DNA of 64,000 nucleotides, taken from Pseudomonadota bacterium (GTDB lineage: Bacteria; Pseudomonadota; Gammaproteobacteria; Pseudomonadales; Ketobacteraceae). This document shows positions 21,103-29,985 of this stretch, piece by piece (within the stretch, counting starts at the first letter, position 1; each line of letters starts with the position of its first letter). The notes under the pieces were generated by a model that was given only the letters and a program-made list of their open reading frames with translations, had not been told where the DNA came from and searched no databases. Both the position numbers and the translations under genes were made by a program. The stretch is from NCBI GenBank assembly GCA_036337295.1, contig JAYZEN010000013.1, forward strand, positions 187,862 to 251,861, in the 5' to 3' direction.

Positions 21103-23445
21103 ATGATTGAGCATCTGGTTCGACGGCGCTGGTGGTATTGTGTGGGCACCTTTCTGGTGATGGTGCTGCTTTCCAGTCAACTGCTGCATATGGTGTTCAA
21201 CGGCAACGTGAACGTCATGTTTGATGAAGACGATCCCCATTACCAGCGTCTGCAGCAACTGAATCAACAATACATCGACTCCAATTATCTGGTGCTGCTG
21301 TTCAAACCTGCACGAGGCAGCGTGTTTGACAATGACAACCTGCACATCATCCGTGAGTTGACCGAAGCCCTGTGGCAACTGCCTCACGTAGTCCGGGTGG
21401 ATTCCCTCACCAACTTTCCCCGCCTGCAGGTGGAGGGGGATTCCCTTATAGTGGCCAACCTTGTCCCTGAATCATCCCCCTCTGCGCCCTTAAGCCAGGG
21501 CCAACTGGACGCTATTCAACGCTACGCGCAAGAGGATCAACAGTTACATGGGCGCCTGGTGTCCCCGGATGGACAGGCCGGTGCTCTGTTTGCCAGCGTG
21601 GTGTTGCCGGAGGATCACCTGACTTCGGTTTTGGAATTGAGCCGCCATGCCTTGGCACTGCAACGGGATTTTGAGCAGCGTTACCCGGGCCTGGAGCTGC
21701 ACCTGAACGGCGACATCGCCATCGAAAACGCCATGCTGCAGGTGACCATGGACGACATACTGCGGGTGAATCCGTTGGTGTTCGCCACCATCTTCATCCT
21801 GCTGGGAATATTTCTGCGTTCGGTGATGGCCATCGCCGCCACCGGTGCCGTGGTGATCGCCGCCACCGGCATTGCCAGTAGCATTCATGTGTTGCTGGGA
21901 TTTGAAATGAATCCCATCACCATGATGGCGCCGGCCATCATCATGATCCTCGCCGTGGCAGACAGCATCCACGTACTCACCCTGTTTCGCATTCTGTGTG
22001 GCAACGGTACTGCACCCCTGCAGGCCATGACCCAAAGCCTGCGTAAAAACCTGAGCCCGGTGTTCTGGACCAGCGTGACCACGGCGGTGGGATTCCTCGG
22101 CATGAACTTTGGTGATTCGCCACCATTTCGCACCATGGGCAACATGGCTGCCATCGGTGTGGTGTTTGCGTTTGTCTGCACCTTCACGGTATTGCCGGCG
22201 GTGGCCCTGCAATTCGGCAATCGGTTCCAGGATCAACCGTTCAGCCTCACCCGCTGGATGGAACAACTCGCTCGTTGGGTCATCGCCTCCGGGCGCGCCA
22301 CGTCAGTGATGGTGGTCGCGTTGTTGGGTTCCCTGGCGTTGTTGCTGTGCATTCCCAATATGAAATTGAACGACGACATCTCGGAGTATTTCGACGAATC
22401 CCTGCCGATTTATGATTCCATCCAGTTTGCCCGCCAGCACACCAACGGCGTGCAGTTTATTGTTTATTCCATGGAATCCGGCCAGCCCAACGGCATCTAT
22501 CAACCAGCTTTTTTGAACGCGGTGGAGGCCTTCACCGATTGGTTGCGGCAACAGCCCGACGTGAGTGCCGTGACCAGTTATCTGGATGTATTGAAACGCA
22601 TTCACCGCACCATGAACCAGGATCAGCCGGAGTTTTATGCCATTCCCGATGATGCCGCCCTGATTGCCCAATACCAGCTGCTGTATGAGATGTCCCTGCC
22701 CCAGGGCATGGACCTGACCCACGACATTGCAGAGGATCATTCCGCTCTGAAACTCTCCGTCAACGTGCGCGACAGCGACAACCAGACCCTGATGAACCTG
22801 GAACAACAGATTGACGATTGGCTCGCCCAACATCAACCGGCGTTGCGCAGCCAGGGCAGCAGCCAGTTGCTGATGTTTGCTCACATGGGTTCGAACATCA
22901 TCCGTAGCATGGTGGATGGCTCCCTCTTCACCCTGGCCTTCATCACCCTGTTTATGATCGTCGGCCTGCGTTCATTCAAGTTCGGTCTGCTGAGTATTAT
23001 TCCCAATCTTTTCCCGGCCATCGTGGTGTATGGCATCTGGTCTCTCACGGTGGGGCACGTCAATCACGCGGCGGCCATGACCTTCAGCATCTGCCTGGGG
23101 CTGGTGGTGGACGACACCATTCATTTCATCAGCAAATATCTGTCCGCCCGCCGCCAGGGCCGCTCACCCCAGCAGGCCATTCACGACAGCTTCATTCAAT
23201 CCGGTACCGCCATCGTCATCACCTCGGTGATTCTGATCTGCGGTGTGCTGTTGCTGTCTCTATCGAATTTTACGGTGAACGACACCATGAGCCTGATGCT
23301 GGCGGGCATCATCTCCACTGCCTTGCTGTTCGACCTGCTGTTGTTACCCAGCCTATTGCTGTTTGCAGACCGCTTTGCGGTGGAACCCGATACCCGCATT
23401 GAACCTGATACCAGTTTTAAACCCGAATCCCACGTCAACACCTGA
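21103..23445 (+). CDS. RND-superfamily MMPL-type lipid exporter
   Basis: 780 aa. Two repeats, each with an N-terminal TM, a large periplasmic loop and a 5-TM bundle (e.g. VMAIAATGAVVIAATGIASS..., IIPNLFPAIVVYGIWSL...). Architecture matches COG1033/HpnN/MmpL exporters. Starts 4 nt after the upstream gene. Confidence 0.75.
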   Translation: MIEHLVRRRWWYCVGTFLVMVLLSSQLLHMVFNGNVNVMFDEDDPHYQRLQQLNQQYIDSNYLVLLFKPARGSVFDNDNLHIIRELTEALWQLPHVVRVDSLTNFPRLQVEGDSLIVANLVPESSPSAPLSQGQLDAIQRYAQEDQQLHGRLVSPDGQAGALFASVVLPEDHLTSVLELSRHALALQRDFEQRYPGLELHLNGDIAIENAMLQVTMDDILRVNPLVFATIFILLGIFLRSVMAIAATGAVVIAATGIASSIHVLLGFEMNPITMMAPAIIMILAVADSIHVLTLFRILCGNGTAPLQAMTQSLRKNLSPVFWTSVTTAVGFLGMNFGDSPPFRTMGNMAAIGVVFAFVCTFTVLPAVALQFGNRFQDQPFSLTRWMEQLARWVIASGRATSVMVVALLGSLALLLCIPNMKLNDDISEYFDESLPIYDSIQFARQHTNGVQFIVYSMESGQPNGIYQPAFLNAVEAFTDWLRQQPDVSAVTSYLDVLKRIHRTMNQDQPEFYAIPDDAALIAQYQLLYEMSLPQGMDLTHDIAEDHSALKLSVNVRDSDNQTLMNLEQQIDDWLAQHQPALRSQGSSQLLMFAHMGSNIIRSMVDGSLFTLAFITLFMIVGLRSFKFGLLSIIPNLFPAIVVYGIWSLTVGHVNHAAAMTFSICLGLVVDDTIHFISKYLSARRQGRSPQQAIHDSFIQSGTAIVITSVILICGVLLLSLSNFTVNDTMSLMLAGIISTALLFDLLLLPSLLLFADRFAVEPDTRIEPDTSFKPESHVNT

Positions 23446-23466
23446 CTGTTACCTGGAGTAAACACA

Positions 23467-24501
23467 ATGACCATGACACGATTCGAAAGTATAGGGGTGT
23501 ATCTTCCGGAACAGGAAGTCACCACCCGTGAACTGATTGACAGCATGGACACCGAACCCATGTTCGATCTGGAAAAGCTCACCGGCGTGAAAAGCCGTCG
23601 CTGGCGGGCACCCCATGAAGACTGTCACAGCCTGGCGCTGGAAGCCATCGAACGCTGCCTGGTGAACTCCCGCTATGAAGCCGACGAAATCGACGTGATC
23701 ATCTGCACCTCAATCACCCGTTTTAAAGACGGGCTCAAGTTTGTGTTGGAACCCTGCCTGAGCAGTTACCTGAAAAAACGCCTGGGCATGAGGGAAGATG
23801 CCTTGAATTTTGACATCACCAACGCCTGTGCCGGCATGTTCACCGGCGTACACGTGCTGGACCAGATGATCAAAAGCGGCGTGGTGCGCAACGGCCTCAT
23901 TGTCAGTGGTGAGTGCATTACCCCCATTTCCGAAACCGCATTGAAAGAAATCAACAACCCGGTGGATGAACAGTTCGCCTCCCTCACCGTGGGGGATTCC
24001 GGGGCCGCTGTATTGATGGATCAGTCCCCCAGCGACGACGAAGGGGTGGAGTTTCTGGAGTTGCTGACCTTGTCGCAGTTCTCGGACTTTTGTTACGGCA
24101 TGCCCAGCGATAAAAACCCCGGCGTGGCCATGTACACCAAGGCCATGGAAATTCACGCCACGGTGATTCAACGCCTGCCGCAAACACTGGGCCATTTTGC
24201 CGAGAAATACCAGGTCAGCGGCGCGGACTTTGCGCACGTGATTCCACATCAGACTTCCGAGCGCGCCATCCGCTCCGCCCTGGCCCTGTGCAGCGAATCC
24301 CTGGGCGACATTCCCAACATTTGCGTGTCGCTGGACCGCTACGGCAACACCTCTTCCACCTCGCACTTTGTGGTGCTCAACGACCACATCCAACAGGGCC
24401 ACATCCAGCCCGGGCAACGCATCCTGATGCTGGTGCTGGCCTCGGGTATTGTGTTGGGCGTGGCCTCCGTTCGCATCGGCAACCTGACAGGAGCACACTG
24501 A
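23467..24501 (+). CDS. FabH/OleA-like beta-ketoacyl synthase III (thiolase-fold condensing enzyme)
   Basis: Catalytic Cys in DITNACAGMF, His in VIPHQTSERA, Asn in DRYGNTSSTS: a complete Cys-His-Asn triad. 344 aa. Confidence 0.8.
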   Translation: MTMTRFESIGVYLPEQEVTTRELIDSMDTEPMFDLEKLTGVKSRRWRAPHEDCHSLALEAIERCLVNSRYEADEIDVIICTSITRFKDGLKFVLEPCLSSYLKKRLGMREDALNFDITNACAGMFTGVHVLDQMIKSGVVRNGLIVSGECITPISETALKEINNPVDEQFASLTVGDSGAAVLMDQSPSDDEGVEFLELLTLSQFSDFCYGMPSDKNPGVAMYTKAMEIHATVIQRLPQTLGHFAEKYQVSGADFAHVIPHQTSERAIRSALALCSESLGDIPNICVSLDRYGNTSSTSHFVVLNDHIQQGHIQPGQRILMLVLASGIVLGVASVRIGNLTGAH

Positions 24502-24502
24502 T

Positions 24503-25408
24503 ATGGGCAGCATGATCAAAGCCACCGCACTGGTCACCGACAACGGCTTCAGCGCCATCGACAACGCCACCCGCGCCGGACTGGACTGCCTGCAACAGGC
24601 CGGCATTCAGCCGCAACAGGTGGGCCTGCTGATCAACGCCGGGGTGTACCGGGACGACAACATCATGGAACCCAGCATCGCCAGTTTGATTCAACGGCAC
24701 ATGAACATGGGATTGGATTTTGCGGCAGACAGCCCCAACCAGGTCACCTTCTCGTTCGACGTGGTGAACGGCGCCTGCGGCTTTTTGAACGCGGTGACCA
24801 TCGCCGATGCCTTCCTGCGCAATGGCAGCGTGGAATACGCACTCATCGTGTGCGGCGACGCCCACCCTTCCAAAACCGACCACCCGGAGTTTCCCTACGT
24901 GGCGGTGGGAGCGGCCGCCCTGCTCCACCTTTCCACCGCTGCCGCCGACGCCAACAAGGGCTTTGGCCCGTTCGCCTACCGCAGCAACGAATCCGACTGC
25001 CTTTCCCACATCAGCACCTATGGCGACCTGGCCCAATTCGGCGACCAGGGCCGCGCCCAGGGCCAGTTCCAATTCAGCAATCAATATGTGGAGGAATTCC
25101 GCCGCTTGAACGTGACCCTCATCAACGAGTTTTTAGCACAGCATGAGCAGCCCCGGGTGGACTTTTTGTTGGGATCGGATCTGGAAGCGGGCTATTGCAA
25201 CAGCGTGTGCGCCAGCAGCGATTTAAAACGCCAGCCCACCAGAGCCATGGAATTGTTCGAACATTTCAACGGCGACCCCCACACCGCAGCCCCCATCGCC
25301 GCCTTTCACCAACTGCAGCGGGAAGTGGCCAACCCCAGCGGACTGTCGCTGTTATTCCACGCGGTGGGCTCCGGCGACGCCAGTGCCTGCGCACTGTATC
25401 GCTCATGA
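24503..25408 (+). CDS. KAS III-like paralogue, probably catalytically impaired partner subunit
   Basis: Clear FabH homology (GLLINAGV..., DVVNGACGF, LLFHAVGSGDA). No HQ(A/T)N His motif was found. Starts 1 nt after the upstream KAS III stop. Confidence 0.6.
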   Translation: MGSMIKATALVTDNGFSAIDNATRAGLDCLQQAGIQPQQVGLLINAGVYRDDNIMEPSIASLIQRHMNMGLDFAADSPNQVTFSFDVVNGACGFLNAVTIADAFLRNGSVEYALIVCGDAHPSKTDHPEFPYVAVGAAALLHLSTAAADANKGFGPFAYRSNESDCLSHISTYGDLAQFGDQGRAQGQFQFSNQYVEEFRRLNVTLINEFLAQHEQPRVDFLLGSDLEAGYCNSVCASSDLKRQPTRAMELFEHFNGDPHTAAPIAAFHQLQREVANPSGLSLLFHAVGSGDASACALYRS

Positions 25409-26409
25409 CGGGCAACGCACTGGTCACCGGCGGCGGCGGCTTTCTCGGCCGCTACATTGCCGAACAACTGCAACAAAGGGGTTATCAGGTCACGGTGTTT
25501 TGCCGTGGCCACTACCCGGACCTGGAACAAGCCGGAATACACGTGCAGCGAGGCGATGTGACCAACCCCATCCAACTGGAGAATGCCATCGCCGGGCAGG
25601 ACCTGGTGTTTCACGTGGCCGCCAAAGTGGGCTATTGGGGGGACTACCAGGATTACTACGCGGTGAACGTGCAAGGCACCGATCACGTCATCCGCGCCTG
25701 TCGCCAACAGGGCGTAAAAAAACTCATCTACACCAGCTCCCCTAGCGTCACCATGAACAACATCGACATTCACGGCGGCGACGAACAACTTCCCTACCCC
25801 AAGCACTACCACTCCCACTACTCCGCCACCAAAGCCATCGCCGAACGCAAAGTACTGGCCGCCCACAACCCCCGCGGCCTGCACACCGTCGCCATTCGCC
25901 CCCACCTGATCCTGGGCCCCCGGGACAACCACCTGCTGCCCCGCATACTGCAAAAAGCCCACAGCGGCCGCCTCAAACAGATCGGCCCCGGCCGCAACAA
26001 AGTGAGCGTCACCTATGTGGAAAACGCCGCCCACGCCCACATCCTGGCCGCCGAATCCCCCAACACCGGCGGCAACGCCTACTTCATCAACGAACCGGAC
26101 CCCATTCTGCTCTGGCCCTGGTTAAAGCAGATCCTAGAGAAGTTGGATGCTCCGCCCCCCAGATACCGCGTTCCATTCGCCCTGGCTTTTGCCGCCGGTT
26201 GGGTGCTGGAAAACCTGTACCGCGCCTTGCGTGTAAAACAGGAACCACTGGTGACCCGCTTTATTGCCTCGGAGCTGTACCGCAATCACTACTTTTCCAT
26301 CGACAAGGCGCGCCGCGATTTTGGCTATGAGCCGCTGTACAGCTTTACGCAAGCGGAGGCGAAGACGTTGGAGTATGTGCGGGGGGAGCTGGGGTTGGGT
26401 GGGGAGTAG
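25405..26409 (+). CDS. 3beta-hydroxysteroid-dehydrogenase/NAD-dependent epimerase family reductase (OleD-like)
   Basis: Rossmann motif LVTGGGGFLGRYI and YxxxK (YSATK). Its ATG at 25405 overlaps the upstream stop (ATGA). 334 aa. The longer ORF from 25195 is not supported. Confidence 0.75.
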   Translation: MTGNALVTGGGGFLGRYIAEQLQQRGYQVTVFCRGHYPDLEQAGIHVQRGDVTNPIQLENAIAGQDLVFHVAAKVGYWGDYQDYYAVNVQGTDHVIRACRQQGVKKLIYTSSPSVTMNNIDIHGGDEQLPYPKHYHSHYSATKAIAERKVLAAHNPRGLHTVAIRPHLILGPRDNHLLPRILQKAHSGRLKQIGPGRNKVSVTYVENAAHAHILAAESPNTGGNAYFINEPDPILLWPWLKQILEKLDAPPPRYRVPFALAFAAGWVLENLYRALRVKQEPLVTRFIASELYRNHYFSIDKARRDFGYEPLYSFTQAEAKTLEYVRGELGLGGE

Positions 26410-26763
26410 GCTTTATTGTTGGGTATTTTTTGTTCTGGTTGTTTCTTGATGGTTAATTCGTGCGGGTTAGTTTTCTGTATTCGTTATTAATATAGCGGGT
26501 TGACGACTTTGTCATACTGCGGTCAAATGGCTGTGGGGTGACTGTATTTGGACAGGCGATTTTTGAGGCCTGCTGGATATGGTGGATTTTTAGTGATTGA
26601 TGTTTAACGGGCTGATATGAGTTCTTCGTGAATCTGTGCAAGTGGATGGAAGTGGGTGCTTCCTTGATGTATTTGCTTGGTTAGGTGTGCGGAGGACGTA
26701 GATATGAATGTTATGGCTAAACCGGCTTTGCATCTACCAAAAGGGTGTTAAAGGAAGATTAAA

Positions 26764-27717
26764 ATGCAAAACATGAAAAAATACTTTGGGTTTGAAGTGA
26801 AGGTCTCTAATTTTCTTCACCCAGAAGATTTCTCTATCATTAAGGATAGGCTCGTTAGTTTTGCTAATTCAGAAGGTTTGGATCTTGATCAGTATCGTGT
26901 ATATCTTCATCAGCTCGTAATCTTAGCAAATGAATCACATTTTGGATTGGGCGGTGGTTTGCCCGCCAGGGTTGAAAATGTGTTATTAAAATTTTCGGTC
27001 AACTACAAACAAAAAAGAGATGGAGATATTATTTTTAAAAATAATCTTCTTGAAGAAATGGAAGGAGTTAAATCGTATACCCTTCCTCATGAAATTTGCT
27101 ACACAATTCCTCCCAGCTATTTTCTTGAAAAGCAACAATTTCAGAATGCAATTGTAACGTTTGTCAGTAAATCCCTTCGTCGCGAAGATTTCAAAAAAAT
27201 AAAAGTCTGTGTTTCAGCCAACGCTACTGCAGCATTTAGGCCGCTTATACAAAGCAATCTTGCGGCGGAATCAATAACTAATCTGGATCTTCCTTTAAAT
27301 AAGGGAGTGGATTTTGACAGCGAAATAACATTAAAGCTTCAAGGAAAATTAGGAGAGGTTAAAATGCCAGGAGATGATTCAAAAACAACTAATATCTTTA
27401 ACATTCAACAAGCGGGAGCAGTATCCGCATCGGGAGAAATAACGACTAATAATAATCTGAACCAACAGCAGCAAGGAATTCCCTTTGACCATGTCATCAA
27501 GGAAATGAAGCACCTTCAAACCCTGCTTGATAAGGAAGGACTTCCTGAGCCAAGAAAAAAGGAAGTGGAGGCACTAACAGATGCAATTCAATTGGCTGAT
27601 TCAAAAAGTGAATTTATACCAAAGCTAAAAGAGGCTGGTAGCTGGCTAGCTGATAAAGCCGAAAAAGTAGGCGTCTCTCTAGTAGCGGCGGCTATAAAAG
27701 GTCAGCTAGGTTTGTAA
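26764..27717 (+). CDS. hypothetical protein (317 aa), cassette 1
   Basis: AT-rich ORF with Lys/Asn-rich composition. No recognisable domain. Its stop lies 5 nt before an attC-like element. Confidence 0.55.
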   Translation: MQNMKKYFGFEVKVSNFLHPEDFSIIKDRLVSFANSEGLDLDQYRVYLHQLVILANESHFGLGGGLPARVENVLLKFSVNYKQKRDGDIIFKNNLLEEMEGVKSYTLPHEICYTIPPSYFLEKQQFQNAIVTFVSKSLRREDFKKIKVCVSANATAAFRPLIQSNLAAESITNLDLPLNKGVDFDSEITLKLQGKLGEVKMPGDDSKTTNIFNIQQAGAVSASGEITTNNNLNQQQQGIPFDHVIKEMKHLQTLLDKEGLPEPRKKEVEALTDAIQLADSKSEFIPKLKEAGSWLADKAEKVGVSLVAAAIKGQLGL

Positions 27718-27722
27718 TCAAG

Positions 27723-27836
27723 GCCATAACAAGTTGCAGCACGCGGAGCCAGTTACGCCGCACCAATATGTGGTCGCTCCGCTCTTTACCACATATTGTC
27801 ACGTCGCAACTGGTCCGGTGTGCAAGGCGTTAGAAC
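27723..27836 (+). repeat. attC-like recombination site 1 (114 bp)
   Basis: Begins GCCATAAC (exact complement of GTTATGGC at 26710-26717) and ends GTTAGAAC. Internal inverted repeats GCGGAGC/GCTCCGC and CCAATATGTGGT/ACCACATATTGT. Confidence 0.5.
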
Positions 27837-27902
27837 TTAGATCAGCTATTACCAAATCCGAATTATTGAAGTAATCATTCGTCAGCAATTTAAGGGGGGG
27901 CT

Positions 27903-28406
27903 ATGGATGAATTCCGGCTTGTAATTGAAATAATATCGTTATCTCTATTGGCGGGATCAGTTTTTTACGCGGCTCGCCAAATAAAAAGCAGCCATGATTG
28001 GAATCGTAGAAAAGCTGCACAAGATATAGCAATTAAATATGCTGAACTTAACCCGAATAAGGTTGTAATTAATGAATTTTTGGAACGCATAGGCCATAAA
28101 GAGGCGCTAAAACTAGAAGAATTAAAGGACGAATTTAAAAGGGCTAGCGATCTCAGAGATGCTATCGATACGCTTCTTAATTTCTACGAGTTCTTGGCAA
28201 TGGGCGTGGCGCAAAAAGTATATGATGAGAAACTTATTAGAATATTTTGGGGCGAAGCCATGAGTACGAATAGAATTCGATATAAATCGTATATTGATAA
28301 CTCTATTAAGGAAGAATACCCAGACCTGTGGAGATATTTTATATCCTACACAGCAAAGTGGGATTCACAAAAAAATCAAATTCAAGAGCGAGGCTCAACT
28401 GGGTAA
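27903..28406 (+). CDS. hypothetical membrane-anchored protein (167 aa), cassette 2
   Basis: N-terminal TM helix LVIEIISLSLLAGSVFYAA. No known domain. Confidence 0.5.
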   Translation: MDEFRLVIEIISLSLLAGSVFYAARQIKSSHDWNRRKAAQDIAIKYAELNPNKVVINEFLERIGHKEALKLEELKDEFKRASDLRDAIDTLLNFYEFLAMGVAQKVYDEKLIRIFWGEAMSTNRIRYKSYIDNSIKEEYPDLWRYFISYTAKWDSQKNQIQERGSTG

Positions 28407-28420
28407 ATTTTGTTCGTCAA

Positions 28421-28475
28421 ATTCTAACAATTTGGTGCAGTGGAGCCAGTTACGCTCCGCAAAATTAGTTATTAA
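28421..28475 (+). repeat. attC-like recombination site 2 (about 55 bp)
   Basis: Begins aTTCTAAC (complement of GTTAGAA, which ends site 1). Internal GGAGCcagttacGCTCC hairpin, shared with site 1 (GGAGCCAGTTACGC). Ends GTTATTAA. Confidence 0.45.
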
Positions 28476-28497
28476 TTCCCTCAAGGAGAAAGGAATA

Positions 28498-29664
28498 ATG
28501 AAAGCATACCTATTCGCATTCTGTATTTTGGCGTCCTTGAGTGGATGCGCATCATTTACTCATTACACAAAGGAAACCGATTTGAAGAATTCCAAGGCGG
28601 TTTTTGTGGATGCGAAGCAAAGAGGGATCTACAAGTTTCAAGTAAAAGACCCGCAAGGAAACGTGACTTGGGAGGGAGTTTGTGCGGAGCCATCACCTGA
28701 TGCAGTATCAGCTCTAGCAGCAACTTTAGGTGTTGATCTTTCAATAAATGATAAGGGTCAATTTGGGTTGTCTCAAGCGATATCCGAAGGTGTTAGTAGT
28801 ATCGGCCTCAGAACTGCGGCCATTGAAGCACTGCGGGATATTATGTATCGAAACTGCGAAGCTTATGCTTTAGGCGGAGTATCTAGCATGGGATTGGAGA
28901 CACTCCAAAGAAGATTTCAAAGCACTATGGTAGCGATCTTAGCAATAGAGCAATTGACGGGCGCTGTTCGTCCTCCCGCCACTATTATAGTTAGCAACTC
29001 AAAAGCAGGTGATGCTGATGCGATCGTTGACCTAACTAATAAAACTGAAACAGCGCGAAAATCTCTAGTAGATGCAAAAGAAATCGAAGAAAAAGCCAAA
29101 TCCGAGTTTGATTCGGCAACCACAAAGCAGAGCGACTCCGGGAAAAAAGTAGGGGATGGAAAAGCTGAGTATGACCGCATAAAAGCACTCGCCACTCAAA
29201 CAGATGAAGAAAAGAAAAAAGTTGCTGAGTATCAGGCCCTATTAAAAGAAGACGACGCCAACAAGAAAGCTACAGAAGAAAAGAAGAAAGAATATGACAC
29301 AGCTCAAGCGACCACCAAGGAGCGAGACCAAGCGCTTAAAGCTCTGGACGCATCAAGAGTTGCCGCTCTAACTGGAGGAGGGAGCTCTGGTAATGCCGGA
29401 GAAATTGAAAAAATTGCCCCTCGAACTGCTTTATCCGACGCGGCTGTTAAAGATATAGCGCTCGCTGTTACAAAAATCGTAGAGACAACGGTAAGCCTAA
29501 ATTACACATCCGAGGTTTGTACGACGTTAGTGGGACAGCATCCAGAGATAAAACCGGAGTACGGGTCACCAACATGGGCTTGTACAGTTTTGTTGACATC
29601 CCAGGACAAAAGCCCGAGTGCTATTCAGCAGCAGTTGTTTAATATTTTAAGTAAGCCGGAGTAG
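28498..29664 (+). CDS. lipoprotein with central Lys/Glu-rich coiled-coil (388 aa), cassette 3
   Basis: Lipobox LASLSGC after a signal peptide. RBS AAGGA. Central KKKVAEYQALLKEDDANKKATEEKKKEYD coiled-coil. Cys-containing C-terminal domain. Confidence 0.6.
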   Translation: MKAYLFAFCILASLSGCASFTHYTKETDLKNSKAVFVDAKQRGIYKFQVKDPQGNVTWEGVCAEPSPDAVSALAATLGVDLSINDKGQFGLSQAISEGVSSIGLRTAAIEALRDIMYRNCEAYALGGVSSMGLETLQRRFQSTMVAILAIEQLTGAVRPPATIIVSNSKAGDADAIVDLTNKTETARKSLVDAKEIEEKAKSEFDSATTKQSDSGKKVGDGKAEYDRIKALATQTDEEKKKVAEYQALLKEDDANKKATEEKKKEYDTAQATTKERDQALKALDASRVAALTGGGSSGNAGEIEKIAPRTALSDAAVKDIALAVTKIVETTVSLNYTSEVCTTLVGQHPEIKPEYGSPTWACTVLLTSQDKSPSAIQQQLFNILSKPE

Positions 29665-29672
29665 ACAGGTAT

Positions 29673-29700
29673 GCCTAACAAGCCAATGCACGCGGAGCAA
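29673..29700 (+). repeat. truncated attC-like site 3 (canonical inverse core GCCTAAC)
   Basis: GCCTAACAAGCCAATGCACGCGGAGC matches the 5' half of site 1 (GCCATAACAAGTTGCAGCACGCGGAGC). It lacks the 3' arm. Confidence 0.4.
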
Positions 29701-29728
29701 AAAAAATCAGATTCTTCCCGGTGAGCTA

Positions 29729-29971
29729 ATGAAGAAGATAGGCTGGTTTATAGTAGGATTTATCGCTTCTACTTTCCTCTTTTTCTGCGCGGTCTATCTG
29801 CTCGGTTGGGCAACGGAGTACCTGGGCTTTCCTCTTTACGAATCGGAATCAGATCAGCAACGGAACTTCAATATAGTTCTTGTGGGTTGGCTTTTAGTTG
29901 CAACGGTATCTGGGTTCCTCACCACAAGAATAAAAACCGGCATGTCCACCCCCAATCACTCTCAGAGATAA
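29729..29971 (+). CDS. small two-TM membrane protein (80 aa), possible cassette 4
   Basis: Two hydrophobic helices. The ORF runs from AT-rich DNA into the high-GC flank, so its 3' end is uncertain. Confidence 0.3.
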   Translation: MKKIGWFIVGFIASTFLFFCAVYLLGWATEYLGFPLYESESDQQRNFNIVLVGWLLVATVSGFLTTRIKTGMSTPNHSQR

Positions 29972-29985
29972 GCACACCGGCACCA

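Larger units (their letters stand above)
26450..29980. other. AT-rich (about 38% GC) horizontally acquired island with integron-cassette-like organisation
   Basis: Abrupt GC drop relative to ~60% flanks. Contains 3-4 short ORFs of unknown function separated by related attC-like palindromes. No integrase is present. Confidence 0.6.

Noticed and set aside
23467-25408. The two KAS III ORFs being one frameshifted gene
   Set aside because: Each ORF independently spans a complete thiolase fold (N- and C-terminal halves, about 300-345 aa), so they are paralogues and not fragments.
25195-26409. Longer 404-aa version of the OleD-like reductase starting at 25195
   Set aside because: Its N-terminal 70 aa would be translated out of frame through the preceding KAS III gene and are Arg/Pro-rich nonsense. 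The ATG at 25405 overlaps the upstream stop (ATGA) and is immediately followed by the Rossmann motif.
27723-29700. Interpreting the island's intergenic palindromes as REP/BIME elements or as a CRISPR array
   Set aside because: The units are not short identical direct repeats with unique spacers, so this is not CRISPR. Each follows an ORF and obeys the cassette-boundary complementarity rule, which favours attC sites over REPs. I could not rule out REPs without a genome-wide count.
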